DNA from: Cirrosporium novae-zelandiae
Taxonomy: Eukaryota
Reading direction: 5' to 3'
Length of the DNA stretch: 64,000 bases
NCBI GenBank assembly: GCA_026023565.1
Contig: JAPETS010000042.1
Span: 1-64,000 of the forward strand
Position numbers and translations under genes: made by a program. Below are positions 35,207 through 49,687 of this stretch, piece by piece; position 1 is the first letter of the stretch; each line of letters opens with the position of its first letter. The notes beneath the pieces were generated by a model. That model saw only the letters and a program-made list of their open reading frames with translations, was not told the origin of the DNA and searched no databases.

Positions 35207-36862
35207 CTAAGAATCGTTTACGTTTTGACCTTTTGCTGGCGGAATCTGCTCGAGGAAGCCATCATTGTAGTTAACAGGACTCGGTTGAGGATCTAACGAT
35301 AGTACTAGCTCCGGGTGCTGTATCTGGATGTGTTCCTTCAAGTGATACCGACGGTGAAATTTCTTGATGTGCCGGCTACACTCCAATACAGGACAGACCA
35401 ATGAATCGCGTGGCGGAGGGGATGAAGTCGAAGAGACAAGGCGCTTAGATAAGGGGTTAGGCGTAGTATTCACTGGACTTTCGGGTTCCACCTGACCTGG
35501 AACGAAGTCAATTATATGAGTGTCGCCGTTCTCATGGAGTGTCCTAAGTAGCATGCTTTCTGCAAACAGGTTTGAACATCTCCGTGTTGCACGTTGGATG
35601 ATTGCTGGACTGAAACCAGATAAGGAGGCGATTCCTAAAACATCGCTCCAGTCCCGAAGACCCAGTTTAATTTCCCGTTTATGTTGAGTTCGGGGCTGGG
35701 GTTCAACACTCTTGGAATGAGTAGGGCTAGCTGATGGGTCACTGCTCTTTTCCATGGCTGAGTCGTTGTCTATTTTGACGTCTAAGTTGTGGCTACCCTG
35801 ACGATTTTTCCGACTTTTATAAGTCCGACCTCTCCGCTTGAAGCTCCGCGATTTAAACTGCCGGTCATCTTCACTGAAGTTGCTTCCGCTAGAAGAATCT
35901 TGTTCTTGTACGTCTAAATCTGCGTCTTGATTGTCAGGCCGCTCTCGTTGTCGTCCTCGATGAGCGAGGGTAATTTGCTTTGGTCCTCGAGGAGTTGCAT
36001 TAAGCTTGCGTCGACTTTGGACCCGTTTGCCGTAATCTGAACTAAGTTTGGGATGTTTCTTCAAGCGACTAGGAGTGAAAGGGCGTTTACTATGTGGAGA
36101 TTTTTTCGACATACTGCGATTATGGTTTTCGTTCTCCATATGATATTCACTGGAGCTATCACCGGGGGCCGTAGAATATGTCTGACGTGTTTCATGTAAC
36201 CCTCGAAGAACTCTATCAAGTTTATTTCCAATTAGGCGGATAGGTATGTCTAGCCTCCGCATTGCTTCTTCGTCATCAGCCATAAGTTGTAACCCCGAAT
36301 GAAAACTATTGCCATTCACCTCAACATTCCCAGTAGTAGGTATCGATTCATGATCCATCACATTCATGGAGTCTGTTCCTATACCGACGGGTATTTGCTG
36401 ATCCCTGTTAACCTCGTCGACGAATCTATCCTTGACGATGCGCAGTATTTCTCCAAGGATGCAATCTCTAAGTAGCCTTGAAGTATGAGTGGAACCATCT
36501 TCTGTACAAGAAGATTCCGTCTCCCGCGGCACTTCGTCTGGAGGCATGGGCCAGGCAGTCCAATCTCTCGGAGGTACGAATCCAGAGGTTTGTGCATTAG
36601 ATTCAGTCTCAGCAGGAGCCCTCCATCGGTGCTTAGAATCCCAAGGCAAAGACCGAGATAGATCTGCCCGGCTATAAAGACGAGAGCGAAGGGCATGTGC
36701 ATTGTAGAGATGAAGGCTTAAGTCTCTTGAGCGTTCGGTTTCTAATGAGGCGGCCAATTGTTTCTCTGGACCGGTGAGCCATCTCCAGGTTGAAGAAGGA
36801 CCTGTCCATTTATTGGGTCTTTGCTCAACATTAGAATCTTCACTTCCCTCGCTCATCTCCAT
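35207..36862 (-). CDS. Rrn9-domain protein (RNA polymerase I UAF-like) with a C-terminal C2H2-like finger
   Basis: RPNKWTGPSSTW..LT..E..LAASL....RDLSLHLYNAHAL, WTAWPM..DEVP, GLRDWSDVLGIA, RRCSNLFAESM, CPVLEC..H...H. Confidence 0.8.
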   Translation of the reverse strand: MEMSEGSEDSNVEQRPNKWTGPSSTWRWLTGPEKQLAASLETERSRDLSLHLYNAHALRSRLYSRADLSRSLPWDSKHRWRAPAETESNAQTSGFVPPRDWTAWPMPPDEVPRETESSCTEDGSTHTSRLLRDCILGEILRIVKDRFVDEVNRDQQIPVGIGTDSMNVMDHESIPTTGNVEVNGNSFHSGLQLMADDEEAMRRLDIPIRLIGNKLDRVLRGLHETRQTYSTAPGDSSSEYHMENENHNRSMSKKSPHSKRPFTPSRLKKHPKLSSDYGKRVQSRRKLNATPRGPKQITLAHRGRQRERPDNQDADLDVQEQDSSSGSNFSEDDRQFKSRSFKRRGRTYKSRKNRQGSHNLDVKIDNDSAMEKSSDPSASPTHSKSVEPQPRTQHKREIKLGLRDWSDVLGIASLSGFSPAIIQRATRRCSNLFAESMLLRTLHENGDTHIIDFVPGQVEPESPVNTTPNPLSKRLVSSTSSPPPRDSLVCPVLECSRHIKKFHRRYHLKEHIQIQHPELVLSLDPQPSPVNYNDGFLEQIPPAKGQNVNDS

Positions 36863-37485
36863 CTTGTAAATGCGGTTCGGAGGATAAATAGATTTTGTAA
36901 TCTCTCCCTTAGATATTTCAAGTATAGTTGTGCGTGCGTAGCTAATAGAATGATAGTTGAAACCTTATTGAAGAAGCAGGTTTGTATCAGCGACTTTTAG
37001 CCAAACTGAGGTGGTTTTAGGTGAATGTGCTGATTTGGAAGAAATCAAAGACCATCAGTAGTTTATGAATGTGATCAGGACTTTAGCCCATAATGACATT
37101 TCAACCCATCGCTATTCGATAATATGCATTACGCTCTTTTCCACCTATAGTTAAAGCTGCGGGCATTTACTAAAGCATAAGATATGATTTCATGAGCAAT
37201 AGTACAAGTTCCGAATCTTTTCAGTTTTGTGTTTTGAAATCGGGTTTTCAAATTGCAAACAATAATTTTTTTTTGTAAGAGTGAGATTAACGTTTGGCGG
37301 TGTACTGGTTACTCATACAATCATGGCTTAACGTCTGTTTGCTCTCACAACCAAATTTATAGAATGATTATTCATTTTAAATATCTATGAATTTTAATGA
37401 CTGGTTTTATTTCTGGCTATAGTTGAATTATTTTGATTTTCTATATGATACAATATCACTGACATACTAAAGGCTTGTCCTGACC

Positions 37486-39251
37486 TCAAGATCCTCCAAG
37501 TGGCCGATCCATCCCTCCTAAGGTTATGGTTTTTACCACAGTGTACTCTTCGACACCATATTTACTCCCCTCTCTGCCGAATCCGCTGTTCTTCACACCT
37601 CCAAATGGAGAGGCACAATCGCTAATCAGTCCGGTATTTACACCCACCATTCCCACGTCAAGGGCCTCGGCAACCCTATAAACTCTGGAAAGATCATTAC
37701 TGAAGAAGTAGCCTGCTAGACCCACGTCGGCCTGATTAGCCAATTCAACCACCTCATTTTCTGTCTCAAAGGAAAACAGGCCCGCCACAGGGCCGAAGGT
37801 CTCCTCACTGGCCATCTGCATATCCATTGACATTTGAGTTATGACGGTAGGTTGGAAGAAATTGTCGCCTAATTCGGGCATCTTCTGGCCTCCGATAAGA
37901 ACTTTCCCACCTTTCTTCTCAGCATCTCGAACATGAGATTCGACCTTCGAGATAGCGCGGCCATGAATAAGTGGTCCATGGGTGATTCCATCCTCATATC
38001 CGCCCCCAACTTTGAAGCTTTTGACTTTCTCCGCAAATTGGGCTGCAAAGGCGTCATAAATTCCTTTTTGAATATAAATTCGGTTGGCACAGACACAGGT
38101 TTGGCCAGAGGAACGGAACTTGCTAGCTATTGCACCGTTCACAGCGCTCTCCAAGTCAGCATCATCGAAGACAATGAAGGGGGCATTTCCTCCTAATTCG
38201 AACGAGAGCTTTTTCAGTGTATCCGCGGATTGCTTCATCAGAAGTTTCCCAACACCGGTGGATCCGGTAAACGACACTTTACGAATGGTCTCGCTTTTGG
38301 TCAATGTTTCGCCAACTTCGGCAGTATTATCCATGGCGGTAATAAAATTCACAACACCTTTTGGAATGCCTGCACGATGAGCAAGTTCGGCGATAGCAAG
38401 TGATGTAAACGGTGTTTCTCCAGGAGACTTGGCAACTATCGTACAACCTGCAGCTAATGCTGGCCCGACCTTGCGGGTTATCATGGCTGCGGGGAAGTTC
38501 CACCTGGACTGTTTAGCGTGTTAAAAGGATAATAGGGGCTGCTTAATTCTTACGGTGTGATTAACCCACAGACTCCAACTGGCTCCCTTCTAGTGAAGAC
38601 TCGGTTTCCGGGAAAGCTTGACTGGATATTCTCGCCATAAATGCGAGGAGCTTCCTCACTAAACCATTCAAAGAAGTTTGCGGCATATGCGACTTCTCCC
38701 CTTGCATCTGCAAAAGGCTTCCCATTTTCCCAAGTTATCAATCTTGCTATATCTTCAGCATTTTCGATCATTAAGTTGTACCATTTGCGCAGCATCCTAG
38801 ATCGCTCGCGACCCGTTGTTTTTCTAAAGGAAGGTAGTGCTGCAGCCGCAGCCTCGATGGCATTCTCCGTATCCGCTTTATTGAATTCAGGGCAAGTGCC
38901 TACTAGCTTCCCAGTGGAAGGGTCTAGTGAAGATATTAAGTATGAGGTAAAGCATAGGAATTGGATGGTATGTGGTACCAAAAACTTCGAAAGTCTTGCC
39001 CGACTTGGCCTTGACCCATTCTCCGTTAACATAGCATTCCTGCTTGAAAAGAGACGGGTCATTCAGCTAAAGCAGTAGTTAGCGCACTGGATCTGACGGG
39101 TAGGAACTGTGAGTTCACATACAGGAGGTACTGTTGAGTGAACCATTGTGTATGTTCTTGTAAGAATAGGTAGTGTAGAATGCTGGAAACGTGAGAAAAA
39201 GAAAGAAGATCTGAGAGGAGATTTCACGGAAGAGCGGAGAAGAGATTTCAT
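37486..39251 (-). CDS. UGA2: Succinate-semialdehyde dehydrogenase (ALDH family), multi-exon
   Basis: ITWENGKP, PVGVCGLITP|WNFPAAMITRKVGPALAAGCT, FTGSTGVG, ELGGNAPF, SKFRSSGQTCVC, EETFGP, PFGGVKNSGFGREGS. Confidence 0.93.
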
Positions 39252-39815
39252 TGTTGGAGAGAACGAGGGAGAAGAGGAAATAAAAGGAAGAGGAGAAGAG
39301 TGGGGAGAATTGGTTGATTAGTCAATTGAGGGCGAGTCCTTCATGGACTTTTGAACTTTTAGGTAGATCCTGGTACTTTTTGAAGAATTCAAGCCGAGGA
39401 TGAAGAAGATACTTGGAGTAGAATGGTGCTTTCTAGTCTAATGATCCTCCGTATTCGGTCCTGGGGCTGTCATGGCATTTTCCAGGGTAGATATTTTGTT
39501 CTACAAAAATTTACGACGAACCACTACAAACAATTGACAGAGCAATGATGACGCTCTTTAACGCAGGAAATGACCTAATTTGCGGGGCAGTCCGTCTCCG
39601 ATTACCTCGTTCGGGCAATATGGCCGCCGACCTTTGACACACATACACCTGTCAACCGATCCACAAACACCCAACCTTAGTACATCCTTAGAGGCTCGAG
39701 TGGACCGTGGCTCTCTAAGATACTTGAATAATTATAATATTTGACAATTCACCTCCCACCCCATAGTATTATGCTTCAGAAGCCTTCTCAGATCAAGTTT
39801 GTTCGTCCAGGCCAA

Positions 39816-42631
39816 ATGATCATCTTCGCAGGTCTCATCTCGGATCCTCCTTTAGGACACACGAGAGTCATTTCATCCTCACAACAAGAGGTACTCGAGC
39901 TTATTTACAGCCATCTACCTAAGTACCTCTGAAGATTCAACATTAGAGCTGAGCATTATCAGGTTAGATTTACAGTTCTCCTTCGCTCTAGCCGTTCATT
40001 TCCCGATCATGGCTGGGAGGTCGCCCTATGGCATAACCTCAATGCCCATCGAGATTGGACCGAATCTGTCTTGAAGTTGGAGACCTCTCCAATTCATCCC
40101 GTATGAACCACTTACTTTATTTCTGGCCTATTGTTTCTCTCATGCTATTATCAGTTTTTCCTAAATCCGAAAACTCGTGCGAACCTTTACCATCACCTAT
40201 TTGCCATAGACATTCCTGTTCCGCCAAGAGATGGGGCTCCCTACGCTTTCACCTTCAAATTCCGTACCACGTCGAGCGAGGACTGGTGCTGGGCAAATGA
40301 ACAATTTTCTACTACTGATGGTGAAATATACCTCCAACCAGAATCTATAGTCTCCCCATCCACACCAACGAATGCAAGAGAGAATCTAGATAGCTACATA
40401 CAAGATCTAAATAAATCGGTATTAGTTCAAAACGAACAGAGCCAATGTCCAGGGGCTAAGATATGGAGCATCACCGGAGATATCCAAGCTGCTGAAAATG
40501 GGAAATCCGGGACTGTGGCACTTACTCTAGGCCTACCGCGGCGTTTCACCCGATGGTTTTCGTTGGTCAGAATATGGAACCCCTGGTTGGCCCCAAGGCA
40601 TGGAAAAAGGGATTTTCTTCCCAGTGAAGATGCCGTTATGTGCTCTTTTCTGCGTTGGGACGGCTATCACCTACTCTTGCTGGCTATTAGTGGATTGGAT
40701 GATGTGCTGACCGTTTTCAAGCATGATGCCGATGGGAAGGTCATTGTTTCAGCACGCAATGACAATACCGAAGCTTCCAAGTTCCAGGTGGTTGCAGCCA
40801 TCGGGGAATCATTTGAATCAGCCAACGCTGCGGCGATGTACCATGCAAGAAAGCTAGCTATGGAGGTTAGGTCTATGCCGAATGACGTCGAGGTTGAAAT
40901 GAAATCTTTAATGGAAAAGGATATTGAGGCGAAATGGTTAGAAAATTGGTACGATGGTTTAACCTACTGTACATGGAATGCGCTAGGACAAAACTTGACC
41001 GAGGAAAAGATACACAATGCTTTGGACATATTGAAGGAAAACGGCATAGCGATAACAAATCTCATCATCGATGACAATTGGCAATCTTTGGACAACCAAG
41101 GACAGTCTCAATTTCAACGTGGGTGGACCAGATTTGAGGCAAACCCAGAGGGCTTCCCAAAAGGCCTCAAACATATGATACAAGAAATAAAAAGTAAGCA
41201 TCCAAAAATTGCACATATTGCTGTATGGCATGCCTTGCTAGGCTATTGGGGTGGCATATCACCTACCGGCGAAATTGCAAAACAGTACAAAACCAAAAAA
41301 GTTCGAAAGCAAGATATAGTGGCTGGTGGCGAGATGACAGCTGTTGATCCAGACGACATATCTCGTATGTATGATGATTTTTACCGGTTTCTCTCCGAAG
41401 CAGGTGTCGATTCCGTAAAGACGGATGCACAGTTCTTTCTTGACCTTTTGGATGATTCCGAGGACCGTCGAAGATTTATCACCGCCTATCAAGATGCATG
41501 GACAATCAACAGTCTACGATATTTTTCCACCAAGGCGATATCTTGCATGTCACAAACGCCTCAGATACTATTCCATACTCAACTTCCAACGAATAAACCT
41601 ACGCTTATGGTTCGAAACTCCGATGATTTCTTTCCAGATGTGCCTGAGTCCCACCCATGGCACGTTTTCTGCAACGCCCACAACTCACTGCTGACACAGC
41701 ACCTCAACATTCTTCCAGATTGGGACATGTTCCAAACATCACATCCATATTCATCATTCCATGCCGCTGCAAGATGTATTTCCGGGGGACCGATATATTT
41801 CACAGACGAGCCAGGAAAACACAACATCGATTTAATTAAGCAGATGACAGCTCAAACCCCGAGAGGCGACACCATAATTCTGAGACCGGGCTTGGTGGGT
41901 AAGACTATCGATGCCTACACTGGATACGATGAACAGCAGGTACTCAAAGTAGGAACATATACTGGAATGCAAAGTACCGGTTGTGGTATGATGGGTGTGT
42001 TTAATGTTGCTCGCCGTGCCATTTCTACTTTTATTAGATTGGAGGAGTTTCCCGGGGTTGAAAGTAGTGAGTACGTCATACATGAGTATACTACAAGGGA
42101 GGTTTCCAAACCTATGAAGAAAACCGACCGATTTGCATTGGTAGCTGTTGAAGTCGAAGTAAAGGGATGGGAGATATTGTCCGCACACCCAGTGCAGAAC
42201 TTTCAAAGGAGTGGATTAGACATAGAGTCAAAGATGGTTACTAAAGTTGCGAATCTTGGCCTACTTCACCAAATGACTGGGTCTACTGCTGTAGCTACAT
42301 CCGACATGTATGTGGAGGAATCTGGACGGTTGAGGATATGGATATCTCTGAAAGCTTTAGGCACACTAGGTTCGTACAAAGTGGGCTGGCGTATTGTCTG
42401 CAAGCTAACTCAGATATAGGGATATATATATCAACTCTTTCAAGTCTATCTGTCGAGGACGACATGCTGGTGACAATCCTCCAAGATGTTATCCCTCGCC
42501 ATACAATCAGAGCAAGAGCCGAGCAGGGGGTGCTGGAGATTGATGTGGAGAAGGCGTGGAAAGAGATGGGGCTGAACAGTGGTTGGAACAATGAAGTAGG
42601 CGTGGAACTATTTATCAAACTTCCAAGTTGA
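39816..42631 (+). CDS. GH36 raffinose synthase/seed-imbibition (Sip1)-like alpha-galactosidase, multi-exon
   Basis: YCTWNALGQ, IIDDNWQ, VWHALLGYWGG, VKTDAQ (nucleophile region), RNSDDFFP, PDWDMFQT, HAAARCISGGPIY.TD.PG. The start codon is uncertain (39771 or 39816). Confidence 0.9.
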
Positions 42632-42997
42632 AGCTGTTGGATTATCAAAATGTAATTGGGTTATTGAGTAACCTGCTATTGCGTATTGTATTGAGCACGG
42701 TGTAGTGCGTAACTCAACAGAAGTTATTTCGTTTTGCTATTCCGGGATCTATATGGAACTTAATGAAACGTGCTATCGATAGCATTAAAGTCAATGTATT
42801 TTTATTCTAGTATAAATATCATTTGGTTACATTTGAATTGTGAGTTCCGTGGTTCGGTGTTGAAAAGGCAGATCTTCGGCCCGGGGCGGCTAGGATGCCA
42901 AGAATTTTTCGGATTTCCGTCTCTAAATTTATAGAGCTCTCTAGACTTGGGTCTCGGTTAGGAACATAACAATCCATGAATTGTGTCTTAATTCAAT

Positions 42998-45062
42998 ATG
43001 GCGGCGGTTAGATCTTCACTATCGAGAGGAAAAGGTCCGCCGTTTGTTTGTGGCCGCTGTTTATTTCGTGGAATCAAGCCCTCAACTATTAATTGGCAGC
43101 AATCGCGTAGTATTGGGCTAAAATGGCTTGCGAAGCAGAAGGCTGCGGACGACGAGTGGGCAGCCAATGCAAAAGAAGTTGATGCTGGAAAGAAACAGAG
43201 TATGCTCTCCCTTTTTGAAGAAAGAGGCTACATTCATTCAGTTGTTGGGTGAGTCTGTCAAAGTTTCTGCCACTGAAGCTGGTCCATTCCATGCTAACTA
43301 GGACACTTTTTTTCTAGTGATCGCAAAGAACTCGATCACATATTGACCCACCGAAGAACAGGAGCCTATGTTGGAATTGACCCTTCAGCCCCCTCTCTGC
43401 ACGTTGGCCACCTTCTACCTTTCATGACCCTCGTTTGGTTATATGTTCATGGCTACAAATCGTTTACACTGGTATGCATAGCATAAAGTCTGTTCCTCTA
43501 TAATTATGGAAATCTGATTTTACCTAGCTTGGAGGAGCTACCGCAAAAGTTGGGGATCCAACTGGTCGGCTGCAATCTCGCGAGACTGTACATTCTAGCA
43601 TCCGTAAAGCCAATATGGCACAAATGCATTATCAACTAAAAAGCTTATGGGTTAAGGCAGAGCAGTATGCTACAAAATATGGCTATGAGAGGAAGGTACA
43701 TTGGCGACGGGGGCTCCCAAACAATGCAGAGTGGTGGAATAGTCAGACAATGCTTGAAGTATTGCAGATACTTGGGCCTGGGGTCAGGGTTGGCACAATG
43801 CTTGGAAAAGAAACGTGAGTAAGGTCCTGATGATTGTCTTGTATACAAGTCCCATACAATCTAAATCTAACACTTGGTAGAGTGCGGAACAAAATGGAGA
43901 AAGGTGATGGTATGTCATTCGCTGAGTTCTGTTATCCGATCCTCCAATCTTGGGACTGGTGGACCCTGTATCAGAAACTTGGAGTCCAAATACAGATTGG
44001 CGGAAAGGACCAATATGGGAACATCATGGCTGGTATCGATGCCCTTAAATATTTGAAGAAGGCACACCCAGATCCTGTCGTGAGGAAGGACACTGAGAGC
44101 GGTGGAACCCCGATTGGGTTCACCGTGCCGCTTCTCACGACTTCATCGGGAGAGAAGTTTGGTAAGAGTGCGGGGAACGCTATTTGGCTCGATAAGGATA
44201 TGACAAGTTCCTTTGAACTATACCAGGCAAGCCATTCACTTCTCAATACAAGACCCCTGACTAAATTCATTAGTTTTTCTTGCGATCTAGTGATGCAGAC
44301 GTGGAGCGCTATCTCAAGCTATTTACTCTCATCCCCACAGCAGATATCAACACGCTTATGGAAGAACATAACAAGGACCCATCCTTGCGGAGAGCACAAC
44401 ATAGATTAGCAGAGGACTGTGTTGAATTGATCCATGGAAAAGCCGAAGCCAATGCCGCAAAGAAGCAGCACCAAAGCCTGTTTGGTTCAAGAGAATCAGT
44501 TCCAGAAGCGACAGCCACTTCAACTCAAAACGAACCCTTAGAACCGGGCGCAGGTAGTAAACCGCGTCTATCGCAAATTCCACGAATCGATCCGACTGAA
44601 GTTGCTAGTGCAGCACTCAACAAATATGCACCACAGGTGAATGCTTTCAACCCACCATCTCCAACTGGCACTCTCCCCAAATGTCTGGTTTATAACCAAC
44701 CATTCTCGAAGATTCTATACTATGCAGGACTGGTTTCTTCTAAAAGTGAAGGACATCGGCTTACAACTAAACACGGGGCATATGTGGGTAGTAGAGCTGA
44801 TGGACGTGGTAATATGAGCGATAATCTTACTTTCACACCCATCAAAACTTGGGAGAAGGAGAAAACTGCAACGTTCATCATAGGCGAAGATCTTCTCATA
44901 TTGCGTGTTGGAAAGTGGAAAATCCGATGCATCAAAGTCATCAGCGACGAAGAATTCAAAGCACAAGGCCTTTCCTGTCCTGGGTGGGAAGAATATCTGC
45001 AAGATGAAGCTGATCTAGCCAAATTCGAAAGCTTGGATAAATCAAAGGCACCGGCTATTTAA
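42998..45062 (+). CDS. MSY1: Mitochondrial tyrosyl-tRNA synthetase, multi-exon
   Basis: [15 protein letters not shown] (HIGH motif), [52 protein letters not shown] (KMSKS-like), C-terminal LILRVGKW. Confidence 0.94.
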
Positions 45063-45409
45063 TGTACACAAAATTCATCACAAAATTCATGTTGTAGAAT
45101 AAATACATTTTCATCGTTTTTGACTATAAGATACGATAGAGCCAGTGCATGGTGGGGAAAGGGATAAGACAGCAGGGGTACACGGTTACGGTACTTGTGG
45201 TACTTGTAGCGAGCGCGAAGGCGTACTGTAATTAAACGCGTCCCCTGCACTTTATCACGTCTCCCGCATCAGGGGCGCGACTTCCATAATTCCCGATCGT
45301 ATCCTTAAAGAGTCCTTAAGCATTGATGTTATCATAATTCTATACTTTCGCCATCTGTTCATTGCCTTTAGTTTCGTTGCAATTGTCTGTTCCAAATTGA
45401 TTTCCCATC

Positions 45410-48400
45410 ATGGCGAAAAGAAGTAGCCAGACTCAGGAGTCTGCTACACCTCCGTCATTGAAAAAGTCGATATCAAGCTCTGTACCCTCGAAGAACCAGA
45501 AAAGCATTCTAGGCTTTTTCCAACGAACGCCAGTTCTTAATAAAACTCCAACTTCCCGTTCAAATGCAGATTCGACTCCTAAACAACAAAAGAGTGTTAA
45601 ACATTTGGACATGAAGCAAAGTCCCAGCCAAAGCTTGACCCCAGTACCAAGCAGTGACGGCCCAGATATTGAAGATGAAACCCTCGAGGACAATACACCA
45701 AAACCAGTTTCTCAGTCAAACGGTGATTTTAACCTACCCTCTCCTGGTACTCCAGCTCATGACGAGATGCCAGTTGTATTACCTTCCAGTAGTCCTTCCC
45801 GAATGGTATGTCCACTGTCCCCCCCCGAGCAAGATCAATCGCTTATAATAAATTCTGTAGGCAAGGCGAAAAGTAAACTATGCCGAGTCTGACGATGGCG
45901 AGGAAAGTGACGAAAACGCTTTTCTACCGACGAAAAGGAATAGTACACGCGGAAGAGCCGTAAAGCGGAGAAAAATGGTGGTTTCTGAATCGGAGGACGA
46001 TGATGATTTCAAGCCAGATAATAAAAATGAGATAGAAAATATGGATGATGGTTAGTTCTCATAATACTCCATTAAGTTATGGAACACTAATGTATACAGA
46101 GATGGATGATTTCATTGTGGCAGATGAGTCTGAAGATGATGTCCAAGTAAACAAAAAGCGAAAGCGACCTCAGAAGACGCAGTCTAGCAAAGCATCAGAT
46201 CCATTACCTCCACCATCAGATATTGATGAAGAGGATCAGGAGAATATTTCTACATCAACCGCTCACCAGTGGACCTATGACCCAGAAAACGTCCAACCAT
46301 TACAGCCTCGTTCGGTTAATTCCCAACCTAGGAAGTCCAACGCCACAGGAAAGAAGTTTAAGGAGAAGGCGCATCTCACTGAACCAGACCAACGATACTC
46401 TTGGTTGGCAAATGTGACGGATGCAGATCGCAACCCCCCAGGGCATCCAAACTATGATCCGAGAACGATATACATACCACCAATGGCATGGAACAAGTTT
46501 TCTCCCTTCGAGAAGCAGTATTGGGAAATTAAGCAGAAGTTCTGGGATACGATTGTCTTCTTCAAGAAGGGCAAATTCTATGAATTGTATGAGAATGATG
46601 CAACAATCGGCCACCAGCTTTTCGATCTCAAACTCACGGATCGAGTCAACATGAGGATGGTAGGGGTCCCCGAGGCTAGTTTGGACCAATGGGCCAATCA
46701 ATTTGTAGCCAAAGGTTACAAAATAGCGAGAGTCGATCAGAAAGAAACTGCCCTAGGCAAGGAGATGCGAGAAAGAAATGGAAAGAAGGCGGGTAAACCC
46801 GCAAAAGAAGACAAAATCATTCATCGTGAGCTTGCTTGTGTTCTTACTGCAGGGACACTCGTCGATGGTGGGATGCTCCAGGATGATATGTCAACGTATT
46901 GCGTGTCTATCAAAGAATCTACTGTTGATGAGTTGCCTGCTTTTGGACTATGTTTCACAGATACTGCTACCGGCCAATTTTTCATGACCGAATTTGTTGA
47001 TGACCAGGATCTCACAAAGTTCGAGACGTTTGTGGCACAGACACGACCACAGGAACTGTTGTTGGAAAAAGGTGCAATGTCTGTCAAGGCTCTAAGGATC
47101 CTACGAAATAATACAGGCCCAACTTGTATCTGGAATTTCCTGAAACCCGAAAAAGAGTTCTGGACTGCTGATGTCACTTCTCGGGAAATTGATGCCAGTA
47201 AGTATTTTGTTTCCGAGAATGACGACAATTTGGAGACCTGGCCCAAGGTCCTTCGTGAAGCTCGCGACAAGGAGCTAGTCATGTCTGCAACTGGAGCCTT
47301 GATCTGCTACCTCAGAACACTCAAGATCGATCAAGAACTAGTGACCTTGGGAAACTTTAGCTGGTATGATCCAATCAAGAAAGCAACAAGCCTTGTCTTG
47401 GATGGACAGACTTTAATCAACCTTGAAGTCTTTGCAAATTCCTTCGATGGTGGCTCGGACGGAACATTGTTTGCTTTGCTAAACAGATGCGTCACGCCCT
47501 TCGGGAAGAGAATGTTTAAGCAATGGGTCTGCCACCCCCTTGTTGAGTCAAGGAGGATCAACGCACGCCTTGATGCAGTGGACACCTTAAATGCGGATTT
47601 TACTGTCCGTGATCGCTTCACCTCCCAGTTGACCAAACTTCCAGATCTTGAGCGACTAATTTCTCGGGTCCATGCTGGAAGATGCAAGGCACAGGATTTC
47701 GTGCGTGTACTTGAAGGGTATGAACAAATCGACTATACCATGAGCCTGGTGGGCGACCTTGGTGATGGAGAAGGTGTGATCGGACAGTTGATTTCCGCCA
47801 TGCCAGATCTTTCGGAGAAGCTAAAGTACTGGAAGACTGCTTTCGACCACACCAAAGCCAAGGAAAATGGCATTCTTGTTCCTGAACCAGGAGTGGAGGA
47901 GGACTTTGATGAATCTCAGCGCCACATTGAGAAAATCCATGCTGCTCTCGACAGTCACCTTAAGAAAGTGCGCCGAGAGATTGGTACAAATGCCATTTTT
48001 TACAGAGATAACGGGAAAGAAATCTACCAGCTCGAAGTTCCAAACAAGTTGAAAGTCCCGAAGGGATTCGACCAAATGTCGGCAACCCAAAAAGTGAAAA
48101 GATACTACAATCCTGAACTCCGTGGCTTAGTTCGAGAACTCCAGGAAGCGCAGGAGACACATGCACAAATTGTCAAAGAAGTCGCCGGTCGTTTCTACGC
48201 AAAGTTTGATGAAGACTACACCATGTGGCTGGCTGCCGTCAAGATCATTGCTCGGCTTGATTGTTTGATTAGTCTGGCAAAGGCTTCTATGGCTCTTGGA
48301 GAACCTAGTTGCCGGCCAGTCTTTGTCGATGATGAACGTAGTGTCATTGAATTCGAAGATTTACGACATCCTTGCATGCTTCCGAATGTCGACGACTTTA

Positions 48401-49170
48401 TTCCCAATGACGTGAAGCTCGGAGGAGATGTACCTAATATCAACCTCCTTACTGGCGCCAATGCAGCTGGAAAATCTACAATTCTGCGGATGTCGTGTGT
48501 AGCAGTTATTATGGCTCAGATTGGCTGTTATATTCCTTGTCGGCCAGCACGTTTGACCCCGGTCGATCGAATAATGTCACGCCTTGGAGCAAATGACAAT
48601 ATTTTTGCAGCTCAAAGTACCTTCTTTGTTGAGCTCTCTGAGACCAAGAAAATACTCTCCGAGGCAACACCTCGCTCCTTGGTAATCCTGGACGAGCTTG
48701 GCCGAGGCACAAGCTCATACGACGGTGTTGCAGTGGCACAAGCAGTTCTGTACCATATTGCAACTCATATTGGATGTACCGGTTTCTTTGCGACTCATTA
48801 CCACTCTCTTGGTCCCGAATTTGCCGGTCATCCGGAGATTGCCCCCAAACGCATGCGCATTCACGTGGACAACGACAATCGGCAGATTACATTCCTCTAC
48901 AAGCTTGAAGATGGTGTGGCTGAAGGTTCATTTGGTATGCATTGTGCTGCCATGTGCGGCATACCATCAAAGGTCATTGACCGAGCAGAAGTGGCGGCAA
49001 AAGAGTGGGAACACACGAGTCGATTGAAGGAAAGTCTGGACAAGGCTAAGAGTGGTTCATATGTTCCTCTCGGTATACAGAGCGACATTTCAAGAATTCT
49101 TAAAGACAATGTCGAAGATATCGATGAAAGGGGTCTGGATGTTTTGGCAAGAGCTATTGAGGCGCTTTGA
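45410..49170 (+). CDS. MSH6: DNA mismatch repair protein Msh6; exons 45410-45805, 45861-46050, 46100-49170
   Basis: N-terminal PIP box QKSILGFF, YDPRTIYIP, FFKKGKFYELYE (F-x-E), Walker A TGANAAGKST, STFFVEL, ILDELGRGTS, FATHY. Confidence 0.97.
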
Positions 49171-49687
49171 AAAATGTGTTATTATTTGGCTCTCCCTTTC
49201 CTCTTCATTTCTTTTTCTCTTTCTCTTTGCTTGTATAATTAGCGGATAAATAAGTGTTTGCTTGGTTGATGGGATGGTGGGCTTTGATTTTTTTCCATAT
49301 TGCTAGAAATCGGATGAGAGGGAAAGATTAAGAAAAGTGTGCTTTTTTTTGTAATTCAATGTTAGTTGATTAATAGAAATGGAAGGATGATGGATATCAT
49401 CGTATCTGAATATTTATAAAATCTGTTGGGGAGGGGTTTTATCGCTTTGTCTCTGTCCTGGGGCTTGGGAGGATTGATGGGAGCTACGATTTTAGTAGTT
49501 CGATTGATATAACTTCTTATATGCCCATGAGAAATTCAATTGGGGATTTCGCGCTGGGACTTATTTTCATGTATAGTTAATAGTGGGATCAAGATGAGAG
49601 CGGCGGAGTTCCTCTGGAACTTGGTATTGTTAATTGCATTGTAGCAAAGCCATAAAAAACGCTATGCTATATAATCATCTCTCCTTT

